Below are positions 1-23,844 of a stretch of 64,000 nucleotides of DNA, piece after piece. The notes under the pieces were generated by a model. It saw only the letters and a program-made list of their open reading frames with translations. It was not told the origin of the DNA and did not search any database. The translations under genes were made by a program, and so were the position numbers. Source of the DNA: the human T2T-CHM13v2.0 reference genome, Homo sapiens. The DNA is taken from assembly GCF_009914755.1 (NCBI RefSeq), contig NC_060925.1; one strand, 5' to 3'. Numbering within the stretch: the stretch's first letter is position 1; each line of letters opens with the position of its first letter.

Positions 1-61
1 ACTTTTACTCCCTAGAGAAAACCAGTGAGAACATGTTAGTATGCTGCTTTCCTTTTTCTAG

Positions 62-1121
<1,060 letters not shown>

Positions 1122-2384
1122 TAAACTTTTAAAATTTTAATCAAATTAATACATGCACATGGCAAAGAAGTAATAAACAGCTTATAACACTGAGCAGTGG
1201 TCCCTTGTCCCATGCCTTCCATTTCTAGTCCTGCTTTCTAAGGAAGCTGCTTGACTCTTTCTGTTTCTAGTTCCTCTGTTGGTGCCCTCCTTAACTCTAA
1301 ACAACAAGCTTATATGGCTTTTTTTTTTCCCTGATAAAACCACTTGAGACATTATCTATCAACACCCTGCTATGAAAGGTTAGGATTTAGCAGATCTAGA
1401 ATGCAAGAATCTCCCTGACCACAACCCAGAGAGTGGTCAGCCAGCCTCTGCTTAAATGCTTCCAGAGACAGAGAGCTTACTACCCCTTGCAGCAATCTGT
1501 TTTATTGTTCCCAGTGTTTTTGTTGTAGAATGGCTTCATGGCTCACTTTGGGGTCAAATGTTTCTAGCCCTGTGGCGTAGTTGAACTAAATTAATCATTC
1601 TTAAATACTTGGCAGTTAGGAAAAAAAAAAGAATAAGATACCCATTTATTTGAGTAAGTATGGATAAAAAGGAAAAGGTAGAATTGACATCAGTCCCATC
1701 CCGACCCCTGCCACTTTCTCCCAGCCCTGGCCCCAGGGAGAGAAGGCTTTTATCTATGGGCTGCACATTCTTCCCCCAGATTGGATGGTGTGGGGTGATG
1801 GCTCTTCCTCCTGGCTGGCTTTGTACTGTGGGGTCCTTGTCCCTTGTCTTTCCTGTCCTGGGGAGAGCCAGAGGAGTATGCTGGGGCTTAGGGTGTAATC
1901 CTAGTTGGATGCAATAATATGAAGTGCCGGCTTCCATCTTTGTTGGCACTTTCCTTGTTCATCAAGGACAGGAGGCAGCTTTCTATTGGGCCCTCTCCTC
2001 AAAAGCTTTTTTCCTGCTCAGACCTGGACAAGGAGTGGGGCCTAACTACTCTATCTTACTTAGGGAGACCATTTTAATAAATCAGTGCATCCTTCAGGGT
2101 AGATCGTATTGACCTGTCCATGGTTTTCTTTGATTTGTGTATACTTTGAGCCAAACACACTCATTTATCTGAATGCTGAGCATCAGTATGGCTTTGGGGG
2201 CCTTTTTAAGGGGGGAAAAATCAGCTCTAACATCGTGCAGAGGAATAGGAATTCCAAATATAGGCTGATCCCTATTTTACCTTTTATTCCAACCACTTAG
2301 TTCAGATAGTCACAAGCAGCTTAAAGCTTGTGACAAGCAGCTTAAAAGCAATCTTGCTTTTTTATAAAGTTTCTTCTAAAAATT

Positions 2385-4125
<1,741 letters not shown>

Positions 4126-5898
4126 GAAAGTTCTTTCTTATGTGAACCTAACTCTGGCCTCACTGGCCCTTGCTCTGTTCTCAGGGATAACCAATGACAA
4201 ATTTCCTAGTCTGCTCTCTCTGAATTCTTTTGGAGTTCCCAGACCTGCATCTGCTTGGGCTCCTCTTCCCAGGCTGTTACATGAGATGGTCTGTGAATTC
4301 TTCACCTTTCTGGCCCCCTTCCCCTGAATCTGGTCTCATTTGTGGATGTCCCTCTTTAAGTTGCTGACACTCTCCTTCTATTGGAAGATGGTGTGGTGGG
4401 GGCTGTCTGGCCAGCACTGGGTACGGTCTCCACTTTCCAGCCTCAGGTGGATGTGCTTCTTTGGCATAGACACAGCTTCTGTGGGAGCTCAGATAGAACA
4501 GTCGGTTTCTTCTCATGTAAGGAGCGGAAGACTTTGAGCCCTCCACCCTATGCATGTGTGGTTTGAGGCAGGGGAAGTCTTCAAAACCCAGTTGTGAATA
4601 TATCCAAGAAAGAAACCTGCTGCTCCCCTCTCTGCTGAGGGAAGAGCAAGAGGAACTTGGATGATTTTGATGCAAGAGGGGGATTCAGGTTGGAAATTGG
4701 CGGGCAGTTCTGAAAAATAGGGGGAAGGTTAGAGCACTAGGTGAGGTGTGTGTTATGGACCACGGTTATTTGGCTGTTAGGGACGCATCAGTGTACTAAA
4801 CACTGTATCACCGTGTGGGGTGAGCTTACCCACCCCAAGGACCTTCAGCTCTCAAGGCCCAGACAGACAGGATGCACCTGCCTCCCAGACTAGGTGTGGG
4901 AGTGGTGGCCTTTGGGAGACACAGAGGTCTTGGGAAGCACCTGGGAGTCAGGTTGTATGACACTGGTAAAGTTAGTTCAGCTCTCAGAGCCTCAGTCTTG
5001 TCATCGGTAAAGTAGAGATGATAGCACCAATCTTGTTCCTTTCAGAGAGTTTTTGTGAGTCTGATGAAAAAATATTCTTTAGAAATGCTAAAGCATACTG
5101 CATTTGTAAGGGGATCAGCAATTACAGGACAGTGCTGGTTCTTGGGAGGAGAGTGGGACCAGGGGCATCCCAGAATCACTATCCTGGATGCCATCGTGAA
5201 CTCACTGCATTGGAATCTGGAGGAGGAAGTAGAGTGGGTGGTTTGAGAAAGCTTTCCTGGTGGTTTTAGTATGTGCTTGAGGGGGCTGGAGGAGGGTGCG
5301 TGCCCCACTGTAGTATGTCTAATACGTAATAGATGGTGTTCACAGCACGATAAGGCCGTAAGCAGACTGTTCTGTTGGGGCAGTTTAGAGATAGCAGGAA
5401 AAGCTTCATGGAGGAGGTGACAATTGAATTATGTCTTGAAGGATGTGTAGGAGGGTCCCAGACAGAAAATGGGGATTGTAGGCAGAGTACAAAGGCACGG
5501 AGCTGTGAGCAAGGGGAGGGTGGCAGAGAGCTGCTTGGTGAGGCCGACACGTGTGTGGGTGGGTGGTCTGAGTGGGACAGGTGGAGGCCGGCCTTGGTGG
5601 GCCCCTGTAGGAGTGGAAGTGGAATGCCATAGAGTGGGGCTCTGGAGCCTGGACTTCAGCAGGTGCTGCCCCCTTGAGGCTGGGGCCTGGCCCCCCGCAC
5701 AGACTGTAGCCCAGGATAGCCTTTTGTATGAAGTTGGGGGTCCCAGGGTCACTCTGTCTTAGCCCTGCTTTGGCCAGCAAGGCCAGCACGGTCGGCAGCT
5801 TTCTCTCAAGCGGGAGTTCTGAATTTATCCTCTCCTGATGGGAGTTCTCCCTGTCACATCAACATTGAGTCTGGGGGAATCACAAAATCATTTTCTTC

Positions 5899-6162
5899 TT
5901 TTTTTTTTTTTCAGAGATGGTATCTCATTCTGTTGCCCAAGCCGGAGTGCAGTGGCATAATCATAGCTCACTCCAGCCTTGAACTCCTGCCTCAGCCTCT
6001 GAGTAGCTAGGACTATAGGCATGCATCAAGATGCCCAGCTAATTTTTTAAAAAATATTTTACAGAGATGAGGTCACCCTATGTTGCACAGGCCTTGAGTG
6101 ATCCTCCTGCCTCAGCCTCCCAAAGCTCTGGGATTTATAGCCATGAGCCACTGTGCCAGGCT
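5899..6162 (-). mobile_element. Alu (AluJ-like, internally deleted)
   Basis: Diverged Alu motifs with poly-T. Confidence 0.85.
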
Positions 6163-6639
6163 GGAGCCCCTTTTCAAAGAGGGCGTGGGGCAAAATGCCT
6201 GGGAAAAGCCCATTAGGTATAAGGGGGTTATTCCTTGCTTCTCACAAATAATCCCTTTAACTCCCTCTCCTATTCCCCAAGAATGGGAATCACACCTGTT
6301 GGAGGAGGTGATACCAAAGGTTTGCATTTGCACATGAGGGGGTGCCCTGAAGCCAGGACTGGGCGGTCAGTGCCTCCAGCTACACGTTATCTTCTCAAAC
6401 TCTTTGGCCGTCCATTCTGGAGGAGTTTGTTTTGTTCCTCTCTGCAGCACTCCCAAGTGGGACATTCTGGGGTTAAAGAGCCTTGGTTACACATTTCCGG
6501 AGAGATTTTGCCCTGTTCACTTATCCATATGGCATCCCTGAATTCCCTCTCTGCCCTGTTTTCTGCAGCTTTCTGGAACATTCCACTGGGGCCCCGCCCA
6601 CTTCCACTGCATCACCTGCCACTTTGTGCAGAGCACTGG

Positions 6640-6860
6640 CTCTGGAGTCAGGCAGCATTGGGTCTAGTTGCTGCCCTTGCCCTTGACTAGCACGACCCTG
6701 GGGAAGTACCTCACTGAGACTCAGTTTGCTTATTTGTCAAATGGGAATAATAATGCCTGCCTCAAAAAACCCAAACCCCAGCCTTGCTGGGTTGTGAGGC
6801 TTCAGTGAGGTGAGAAGCAATTAGCACAGAGCCTGGCACATGACAAGGGTGCAATAAATG
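6640..6860. mobile_element. MIR element
   Basis: MIR core CTCAGTTT..TATTTGTCAAATGGGAATAATAAT, followed by GCACAGAGCCTGGCACA. Confidence 0.65.
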
Positions 6861-7317
6861 CCAGCATGACTGCCTTTCACCCGTATCTCCTGCCAAGCCT
6901 GTCTCTCGAGCTTTGGATTCATGTCTTCAACTTGGCCCAGACTTCTGGCCAGATCCTCCCTCCTGTGCCAGGTGCTCCGCATGACCCAAACCAAACATAT
7001 CACACCCCTCACAGATCTCCCTGCCCTGCTTGTCCAGGGGACACCCCACCCACCCAGCTACCCAGCCAGGAGCTTGCACATCGCACCAAATGTCTCTGCC
7101 TTGGTTTGGGTTCTTGCCACATCTCAATAGCATCTAGCAGTCAGCCATTCTGTTGCACTCCACTCTTCGTGCCCCTCTCCACGACCCTCCTCCCTCATCC
7201 TCGCATTGCCTATCCGCCTGACATCCTTGTGCACAACTGGGTGATTCCTAAACGTTGGGATTTCACGGGTCTGTAAAATTTCAAAAACAATTCTGGGGAC
7301 CAATTAAAGTTGCTAGC

Positions 7318-7614
<297 letters not shown>

Positions 7615-7724
7615 TGGTTGCCAGCTTTTAATTTTGCTAAGTAAGGACATAAAATGTAACAAGTAAGTGATAAATAGCTATTAGCATTTACCATCACCAT
7701 AATTTCATAAAAGAAAGGATGCTT

Positions 7725-8022
7725 GGTCAGGCGTGGTGGCTCAGGCCTATAATCCCAGCACTTTACGAGGCTGATGGGGGAGGATTGCCTGAGCCCAGGA
7801 GATAGAGACCAGCCGGGCACCATAAGGAGACCCTGTCTTTACAAAAAAAAGTTAAAAAAAAATTAGTTGGGCATAGCAGTGCACACCTGTAGTCCTAGCT
7901 AAGTGGGAGGCTGAGGTGGAAGGATCACCTGAGCCCAGCAGTTGGAGGCTGCAATGAGCTATGATTGCACTACTGCACTCCAGCCTGGGCAACAGAGGGA
8001 GACCCTGTCTTAACAACAAAAA
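7725..8022 (+). mobile_element. AluJ-like
   Basis: Diverged full-length Alu. Confidence 0.88.
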
Positions 8023-8577
8023 GACTCCTTAACTGCCCCCCACACCCGCCCCCCCCAAATGAGGAAGGGTGAAACCTCAAAATGAGGGGCGCTTTTGGCA
8101 CCCAGACACTGTGGAGATTTGTACACACAGCCTTTTCTGTACTTGTCTCCACTAGGCTTCTCTCCACAGACCATCCCGGGTGGCATTTGGGACCCAGCTG
8201 GAGGTGAGTCATTTCTCCTCAGGAGGCTCCTCAGTGAGGTTTATTTATTTGTTTCTACACGAATAGAGGAGCAGTGATGAGCTGTCTGTTGGGTGGTTTA
8301 AAGGCTGCGAGGAAAGGTGTGAAGTAGGGTCCCCTTGCTCAGCACGCAGGAGCTGCCTGGCGCCACTGAGCCTGTGGGTCCCACGGTCTCTCCTCCCCTC
8401 TTCCTGTGGCTTTGTGGTTCATTACCACTTTAACCCCAGAAACCTGAGCCGCCAGAGGTTATTGGGCATTCTCTGGGCCACAGGCTGTGTTGGGGGTCAG
8501 GACTGAGAGTAGAAACTTTCTTCCTGAAGCATCTGTCTTGAGTATAGTATGGGGAGCCTTTAAAAAACCCTAATGAC

Positions 8578-8876
<299 letters not shown>

Positions 8877-9049
8877 CTAATGACTGGGTCCCATTTCCAT
8901 GGTTCTGAGGCAACAAGCAAGGTGGAGCCTTCAAGGCTCCAGACGAAGCTGACTCTGGCGGGGTTTGGAAAACTGCTGAACTGCACGAGCATCCATGGGC
9001 AGCCATATTTTCTATTTAGGGCTGCCCCATCTTCTTCTTGTTTTCTTCT

Positions 9050-9169
9050 CTTTTTTTTAGAGATGAGGTCTCACTATGTTACCCAGGCTGGTTTCAAACT
9101 CCTGGCCTCATGGGATTCTCCAGCCTCAGTCTCCCAAAGTGCTGGGATTACAGGTGTGAGTCCGGCCTG
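9050..9169 (-). mobile_element. Alu monomer (FLAM or partial)
   Basis: Left-arm Alu motifs only. Confidence 0.75.
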
Positions 9170-10104
9170 CCCCCATCTTCTTTGTCTTCTGATTTTAGCT
9201 TTCATTCTAGTGCCTCCATGCCCTCAGGTCATCCTTTAGATACCCTGGGCTATAAGTGTGTAACTGTCCTCTGCTGGGCTGGGAAGAACGCAAAGGAACA
9301 ATAAACTGGGTCCCTCCCATGAATTCTAGGTTCAATTCAGGTCGCACTTGCTGTGCGGCCTTGAACAAGTCGCTTTCCCTCTCTGGGCCTCTGTTTCCCC
9401 TCTGTACAATTGGAAGAGTGGATGCATTCTTATACTTCCTCTGGTGCTGCTGGTGTGTGGTTTCCCCCTTACTGGTGATGGCATACTCCAGGAATTCTGG
9501 AAACCCTCCCTGATGCCGAAGCAGGGTCACCCTCTCCCCGCCTCCTTGCTAGTCCTTACTCCTGGCCCAGCGAGGCTCGTGATTTTTGTTTAAACCATTC
9601 TGTGGAATTTTAGAATTCTTGATGGAAAAATGATGAGCTGACAAGAAAATGTTTTGAAATCCAGAGCATTCCACTCACTGCCTGTTACGGTTAAGGCCCA
9701 GGCTTTCGCTTGGATACTTAGCCTCCTCTTGCCTTGGGGTTTCCGCAGAAACACTGTTCCCGTGCAGGGGGAGGGAGCCGTGAGGGTGCCTGGTCCACAT
9801 CCCTGCTGCTGCAATGTGTACTAAACCCATACAGGCAAATGAATATTTATTTGTTATATATTTTTTATTGCAAAAAGGTGCATAGAAGGAAATTGAAATA
9901 GTGCTTATCTCTGGTGATGTGTATCTTTCCATTTTCTTCTTCCTGTGTGCAAATATATAGTATTATGATATATACTGTGTTACACAATAATCATAAAAAT
10001 ATATTTCTTTAGAAAGTTTGAATCAAAATACATAGAATTTTTCTTGTCTTGCATTCTTCATACAGCATTATGTCATGTCTTCAATGTTTTTCTAAAATAT
10101 TTTT

Positions 10105-10759
<655 letters not shown>

Positions 10760-10783
10760 TTATGTCATAATTTCTACAGCTAG

Positions 10784-11309
<526 letters not shown>

Positions 11310-12014
11310 GTGAGCTCCTGTTCTTGTAAAAGGGTCAGGGCTGCAGCACCTCGTGTTTAGGAGTGTGGGCTGATGCCAGACCGAATTTGGTTTAAATCCA
11401 GTTCTGTCACTAGTAGAAATGTGGTCGTGGTGAGTTACCCGTGCTTTTCAAACCTCTGTGAAAGGGAATCATAGAAATTATCTTGTCCCAGGACTGTAAG
11501 GAGTGGAGCAGCGCTGGCCTGGCGTGCAGAACTGCTCTGCGTCTAGCAGCTGCTATTTCATCTCTGAGCTTTTTGGACAACGCTAATGGCTTAGCTTGAG
11601 ATTGGATTCTGTTTATCTGCATCCTTCCCCTGTGGACTCTTGGTGACATAATTTGCTGGAAAGAGGATTACCTCTGAAGCTGCTTAACAAATTCCTTGAG
11701 TAATCCAATTTCCTATCCAACTATATCTCCTCCTGTGGCCCTTAATTCCCTAAATGCTAAGCTGGGAGTCATAGCCACTTCTGGAGCTGTGCGGCACAGG
11801 GAAGGAGCCTGGGGCTCTTGAACCTTATCTGTGTTCCATGTAGGAACAGCTGCAGGTGAAGCCCATACCCATGGGGCTAGAGTGCTCCCAACACGGGTTC
11901 TGGGGAAACTGACACCGACTGAGGACTGGCCACATCCTGCTAAACTGTGAGCCTTGCATTTGCTGTTTCATTGGCTCCTTATGTTAACATTGCAAGGGAG
12001 TGCTTGTAAGGGCT

Positions 12015-12335
<321 letters not shown>

Positions 12336-12374
12336 TTGTAAGGGCTTCTTAACGTGAGTTAAGTCTGAGGCCAG

Positions 12375-12729
<355 letters not shown>

Positions 12730-12924
12730 TCACGGTAGTACCTGCATCCTTGCATCGGACCTGTAAGGACAACAGCTGCTTCAGTGTATCCACTGAGCAT
12801 CTTCTCTGTGCAGCTTTAAGCTTTTGGTGGAGAGGCAGGTGGAAAGAAAGCCCCACCTTTAGCAGGCATGGTGTGGATAGAAAAAATGCAAATAATAGTA
12901 TTATTGATTTTTCCACTGTTATGA

Positions 12925-13575
<651 letters not shown>

Positions 13576-13924
13576 AGAAATGTTCTTTTATTACTTTATA
13601 TGTTGAACTTTGATATTGTTAGCTAAGATATAATGAGGAGACCGTAAGAAAAGTGGGACAAATCACTTCGAGATATTTGAAAAGTGAGATATTTCACAGT
13701 TGGCCCACAATACAAATGAATGTGCTGCAAACAAGATTATTGGAGTCTGAAATGGAATACCTGTTGAGGGAAATCTTTATTTTGGGAGCCCTTGATTTCA
13801 ATGCTTTTGATTCCCTATCCCTGCAAGACCAGGAAAGCTTACCAGTATTTGAATCAAGAAAGATCACAAGTCCTGTGTTTGACTAGGTATATGGGACTTA
13901 TGGAATCCAGACTCCAGAGGTTCA

Positions 13925-14987
<1,063 letters not shown>

Positions 14988-14989
14988 AG

Positions 14990-16500
<1,511 letters not shown>

Positions 16501-17639
16501 TCACCAGTCTGGGCTCTCTGCGCTGCCTGACTCTAGTAGGCATCTGAAGTGATGGCTGGCAGGCAGCCTCTTCGTCAGCAGTGGATTGCATTTTGGGTAG
16601 AAGAGCCTGAATGCTGGGTCCATACAACTGTGACTGCATTCCCAGCAGAAGGAGATGGTTTTGTTTAGATGTGCCCTCTGTCTAGTCCAGGGACTCTGGC
16701 AGTGGTAGGAAGAGCCTTTCTGTGGGAAGACATGGCTGCTTGCAAAGCTGGTTTGTTCTTTCCTTCATTCAAGGAAATATTTTGGCGATCCTACTTTGTA
16801 TTCGGCACTGTGTAAGCTGCTGGCAGTGTTACAGTGAAAAAGACACATGTGGTCCCTGCCTTCAGGGAACTCAGTCTAGAGGTGGAAATGGAGAAATACT
16901 GGGAGGGGCACTTGCTCAGCTTGGAGTGGGGTCAATTCTTAAAGGAAATGACATCACCTCATCTGAGATCCAAAGGCCAAGTAGGGACTAGACCACAAAA
17001 GGGTGCAGCAAAGGTAGAGAAAACAGACAGGAGAGAAGAGGGAACGTGTGTGGAGAGCCCTGGAGGAAAAAGATCATGGCTTGTTGGAGAACTGAATGAA
17101 GTTCATATGGCTGGGGCTTGAGTACCAAATGCAGGGACAGGCAAGAGATGACACCCCCATGGAGAAAACTGCTTCCAAACACTTGATTTAAAGCATCCAA
17201 TCCTCTCTGACATTGTCCTCAAAGGAACTGCCATCAAGGAGGTCCCCAAAGCCTTCCGTTTGTTGTACCCTCTTTGTGCCTTGTGGGAGCAGGTGGAATG
17301 TCACCAGAAAAGCCACTCTGAAAGTGAGTAGGAGTCTGTGGCTAGCCACAGGCGCTCAGAAACCCTGAGCTTGAGGTGTCTCTCTTGCCAAGTGGTGGAA
17401 TCCTGGAATCTAGAGTGGGCTTTGTTAAGAAACAAACAAACAAACAAACAAAAAACAGTTAAGCTTGTCAAATGGCCTGTTGGTTGGCAGAGCTGTTTCA
17501 TTTTCTGGGAGGGGGGTTGGAGGGGAAGGTTCCTTTGAGGCTTTTGACAGCACCAGCTAAGTGGTTTTCTTCTCCTCCTATTCCTTTTTCTCCATATTCT
17601 CCTCTTCCTCCTCTATCTTCAATTTTTTTTTTAACCTAG

Positions 17640-17733
17640 TGCAAGCTTCTTCTTCAGTACCACTGCCCACATTCCTGGTTGCTGGAGGGAGCCTGGCCTT
17701 CGGAACGCTCCTCTGCATTGCCATTGTTCTGAG
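17640..17733 (+). CDS. IL6R: IL6R exon 9 (94 nt), juxtamembrane shedding site and transmembrane helix: [31 protein letters not shown](R); alternatively skipped
   Basis: Long polypyrimidine tract plus cctAG (17638-17639), GTGAG donor at 17734; hydrophobic TM segment; 94 nt is not a multiple of 3. Confidence 0.98.
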
Positions 17734-18072
17734 GTGAGATGGGTCCCAGGGGATGGCCCTGTGGTGTTCTCATATTTCTTATCTAGCTTTCCTTTGCCCA
17801 TTCTGAAATTTATGGTGCATTTATTCATTCATTTATCCATTCATCAAATGAATGCACACACCACAACACACACAACACCTACTATTATGCCAAGCCGTGT
17901 TTTAGGTGCTGCAGGAGACAATGCTGGGCAGGACAGATACAGTCTCAGGAAGAAGTCAGACACGAAGAGGTAATCACTACTGTGGTAAGAGCTACAAAAA
18001 GCATGCCATGGTGAGGAGAACTGACCTGGCATTAAGGAGGAAGAGGAATTGGTCTGAGAAAGAAGAGGGTTC

Positions 18073-18362
18073 TTTTTTTTTGAGTCAGCATCTCACTCTG
18101 TCACCCAGGCTGGAGTGCTGTGGTGCAATCTCGCCTCACAGGACAACCTCTGCCTCCTAGGTTCAAGTGATCCTCCCACCTCAGCCTCTGGAATAGCTGG
18201 GACTGCAGGTGCACACCACCCTGCCTAGCTAATTTTTCTATTTTTTGTTGAGATGAGGTTTCATGTTGCCCAGGCTGGTCTCAAACTCCCAGGGTCAAGT
18301 GATCCGCCTGCCTTGGCCTCCCAATGTGTTGGGATTACAGGTGTGAACTACCATGCCCGGCC
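18073..18362 (-). mobile_element. AluJ-like
   Basis: TSD AAGAGGGTTCTT. Confidence 0.9.
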
Positions 18363-18567
18363 CAAAGAGGGTTCTTAGGAGAGAAGCCCAGCATGTAATA
18401 TGGTTGACAGCGTGTGCATGCACGTGTCTGTGAAGGGGGCGCAGCACGGTTGGGGCAATATGGGGCAGGAAGAGTGGACAGGTAGGCTGGCACCAGGTCA
18501 TAAAAGGCCTTGAAAGAGGTGGGAGGATTTTAGGCCTTCTCTTGAGGCTAAGGAGTGTCTGTTGGAG

Positions 18568-20050
<1,483 letters not shown>

Positions 20051-20200
20051 GATTCTGGTGTTGTAAGAACGAGAGGGAGGGAGTGTGCATTAGACACTGA
20101 AGAAACACAGTAGGTGTTGGAATTACAACATGAATATGACCTTTCCTCCCTTCCGAGAACCACATACTCAAATGATGAAAATACCATGTGAAGGTATTTT

Positions 20201-20609
<409 letters not shown>

Positions 20610-21045
20610 TCACCTTTAAATGCTCTGCCCTAGTGTTCTTTTCCAGCCATGGTTAGGAAATACTCATTCAGGCTGAGTTGCACCCTGGCTGCTGTCTCAT
20701 CATGCCCATTTCATCCCAATCATCTTCGCTCCATTTGGTCATTGGTTTTGTCATTCATTTCCAAGTCTGCAGAAAAGTCAGCCAATAGTGCCTTCAGTGA
20801 ACAAGCAATAATGAAATTTTTCGGTGTTCACAATTTTACTGCAGGAACCGGCTTTTTTTCATAAGCTGAAACCCTAAAAGATGTCAGGCTGGGTCTTCTA
20901 GGCAGTGGTTAATCGCGATGATCTACAAGTGGAGGAGACATTGCACTCTGTCCTTTCTACATGTAGAGAGCTTTCTACACGTTAGCTCATCAGACCCTGC
21001 CAGTAGCCCTGACCTAGCTTGACTACCAAGTGTGGTGTGGGTTGA

Positions 21046-21423
<378 letters not shown>

Positions 21424-21690
21424 TTCACTTTGCTTTTTCAATGAAGTAGATTACAAGCCGTCTGAAGGGTGCGTGGAAGATAAGATTCTTAATGAGTAGA
21501 GGTAGCTCCTTGGAGGATGCAAAGCCTGTTATATTTTTTGGCCAGTGAGGGGCCATGTCAGCATCCACGGGTTCACCTCCTGCCTACCAAAGGATTCCTT
21601 GCCTCACCCTAGGTATACCCTCCTGTGTTCTGGCTCTGTGTCTACGTTAGGGCTTCAACAGACTTTTCTCATAACCCACCACAGGCCCTA

Positions 21691-22123
<433 letters not shown>

Positions 22124-23844
22124 TTAAGGGTCATCTAGTCAAACTCTTTCATTTTATAAATGAGGAAACAGCCCCCAAAGGTAAAATGACTTGCCCAAGG
22201 ACAAGCAAGAACACACACCCTGAGAGTCCCTGCCCATGGTCCCCACCTGCTATTGGCTAAGAGCTGGGCCCAGCTGGTCCCATTGGCCCACCACTGGCCC
22301 TTAACATGCAGCACCATCTTGGTGTGTTGTAATGGCTAATAGAGGAGCATTAGGTTGGGAACAGACCTGGTTTGCTATTCTGCTGATGATGCTTGGACAC
22401 TGGCTGGTTGCTAAACAACCAGAGTCCCTGCAGGCACAGACAGGGCCAGTGCCCTGTGCTGAGAACATGCCAGGAATTTATTTTCTAGCCTAGTGAGTTT
22501 CCATTTTCTTCTGTATAAGGCAAATTTGTTTGGAAAGAGGCCAGTTATTTCAAGTGATGAAGAAGCCTTCTATTCCCCAAATCCCCTCTGTCTAGCAAAG
22601 AGTATAAACTTAGAAATACTGTGGGGCTCTGGGCTGCCAAAATGGCTGAACCATGGTTACCATGGGATGGCCACATTTACAGTAGGTGAAGTGTGAGAGG
22701 TTGACTTCATCCTGCCAGTCTATACTATATTTTTTTGTATGGCCCTAAATCTTTTTCCAGCAATATCAGTGATTTTTTTCTTTGTTTTTTATTACTCATT
22801 CTTTTTTTCTGAATCATAGATGATTTTTTAAAATTTAAATATGCTATCGAAAAGGCTTGCCATCTTACAGGGGCCAATTCCTCCCACCCTATTCTCTGTC
22901 CCCCACTGATTCTCTGTATTTTAGGTTATCAGGCACTGGGAAAATAGAATTCTCCTAGTAGAGAATTATTTTTCTGCATATTTATCTAGAATGAGCTTAC
23001 ATCATTAAGTGAGGACTTCCTATGTGTATGCCTATGACTTAAACATCATTTCGTTTTGAATGTAGTGTATCATTCCGGTATTTTAAAATCAGAGCTTTTG
23101 CTACCTCCACAGCTGGGGGACGGGCAGAGGGACTTTCATGGTGTTCCGGGCCATGGAGGTGGCTGGGTGCAGTGGGCACTGTCTGTGGCCTTTGGGGTAA
23201 AAGGGGTGGCAACTTGGTTTCTACATATCTTTCTAAAAAAGAGTGAGAGTTTTGAGCATTTTAAAAAACTTCTTTTAGCTACAGAATCTTTTCTTTAAAT
23301 GAAACTTTTTGAAGCCCAAATATGTAAAATAGATAAAAGGTGGAGGTCAAGGTGCAAAAGAAGGCAGCAGAGAGCTCATCTGTTTCTTCTTTCTGCCCAC
23401 CCTGTGTCCTCTCCAGCCCCCAGGCCCTGCTCACACCCATCCAGGCCAGCTCTGGACACCCTCAGGTTGGCTGGTTTCAAAGTCCTCTTTGAGTTTAGTG
23501 ATTTTCAGAAAAGAATTCATACTCGCCTTAGAATATTTCAAAAGGAAAGCTCACGTTTCTTTGTTACCCATTCAGTTACTTCGAAAAAAAACTGAGGACA
23601 GAGATTGCTTCCATATTAGGTCAACAGGGACTTGAAAAATATATACATACACACATACATATGTATGTGATATGTGATTATTACTGGTGATTTGCTAAAT
23701 AATGACAAATGGAAAAAAATATATGTCATCCAAAGAGAGCCACTGTTAATTTTCAAAATGTAAATGTGATTGAAGTCTAACAAACATACAGAAAAGTTCC
23801 CACATCATGTGTACAGCGCCATGAAGTGTACACACCCATGTCAT

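Noticed and set aside
4277-4675. 132-aa - strand ORF in unique intronic sequence, considered as a processed pseudogene
   Set aside because: No protein family recognised in the frames I read, and no poly(A) tail or TSD.
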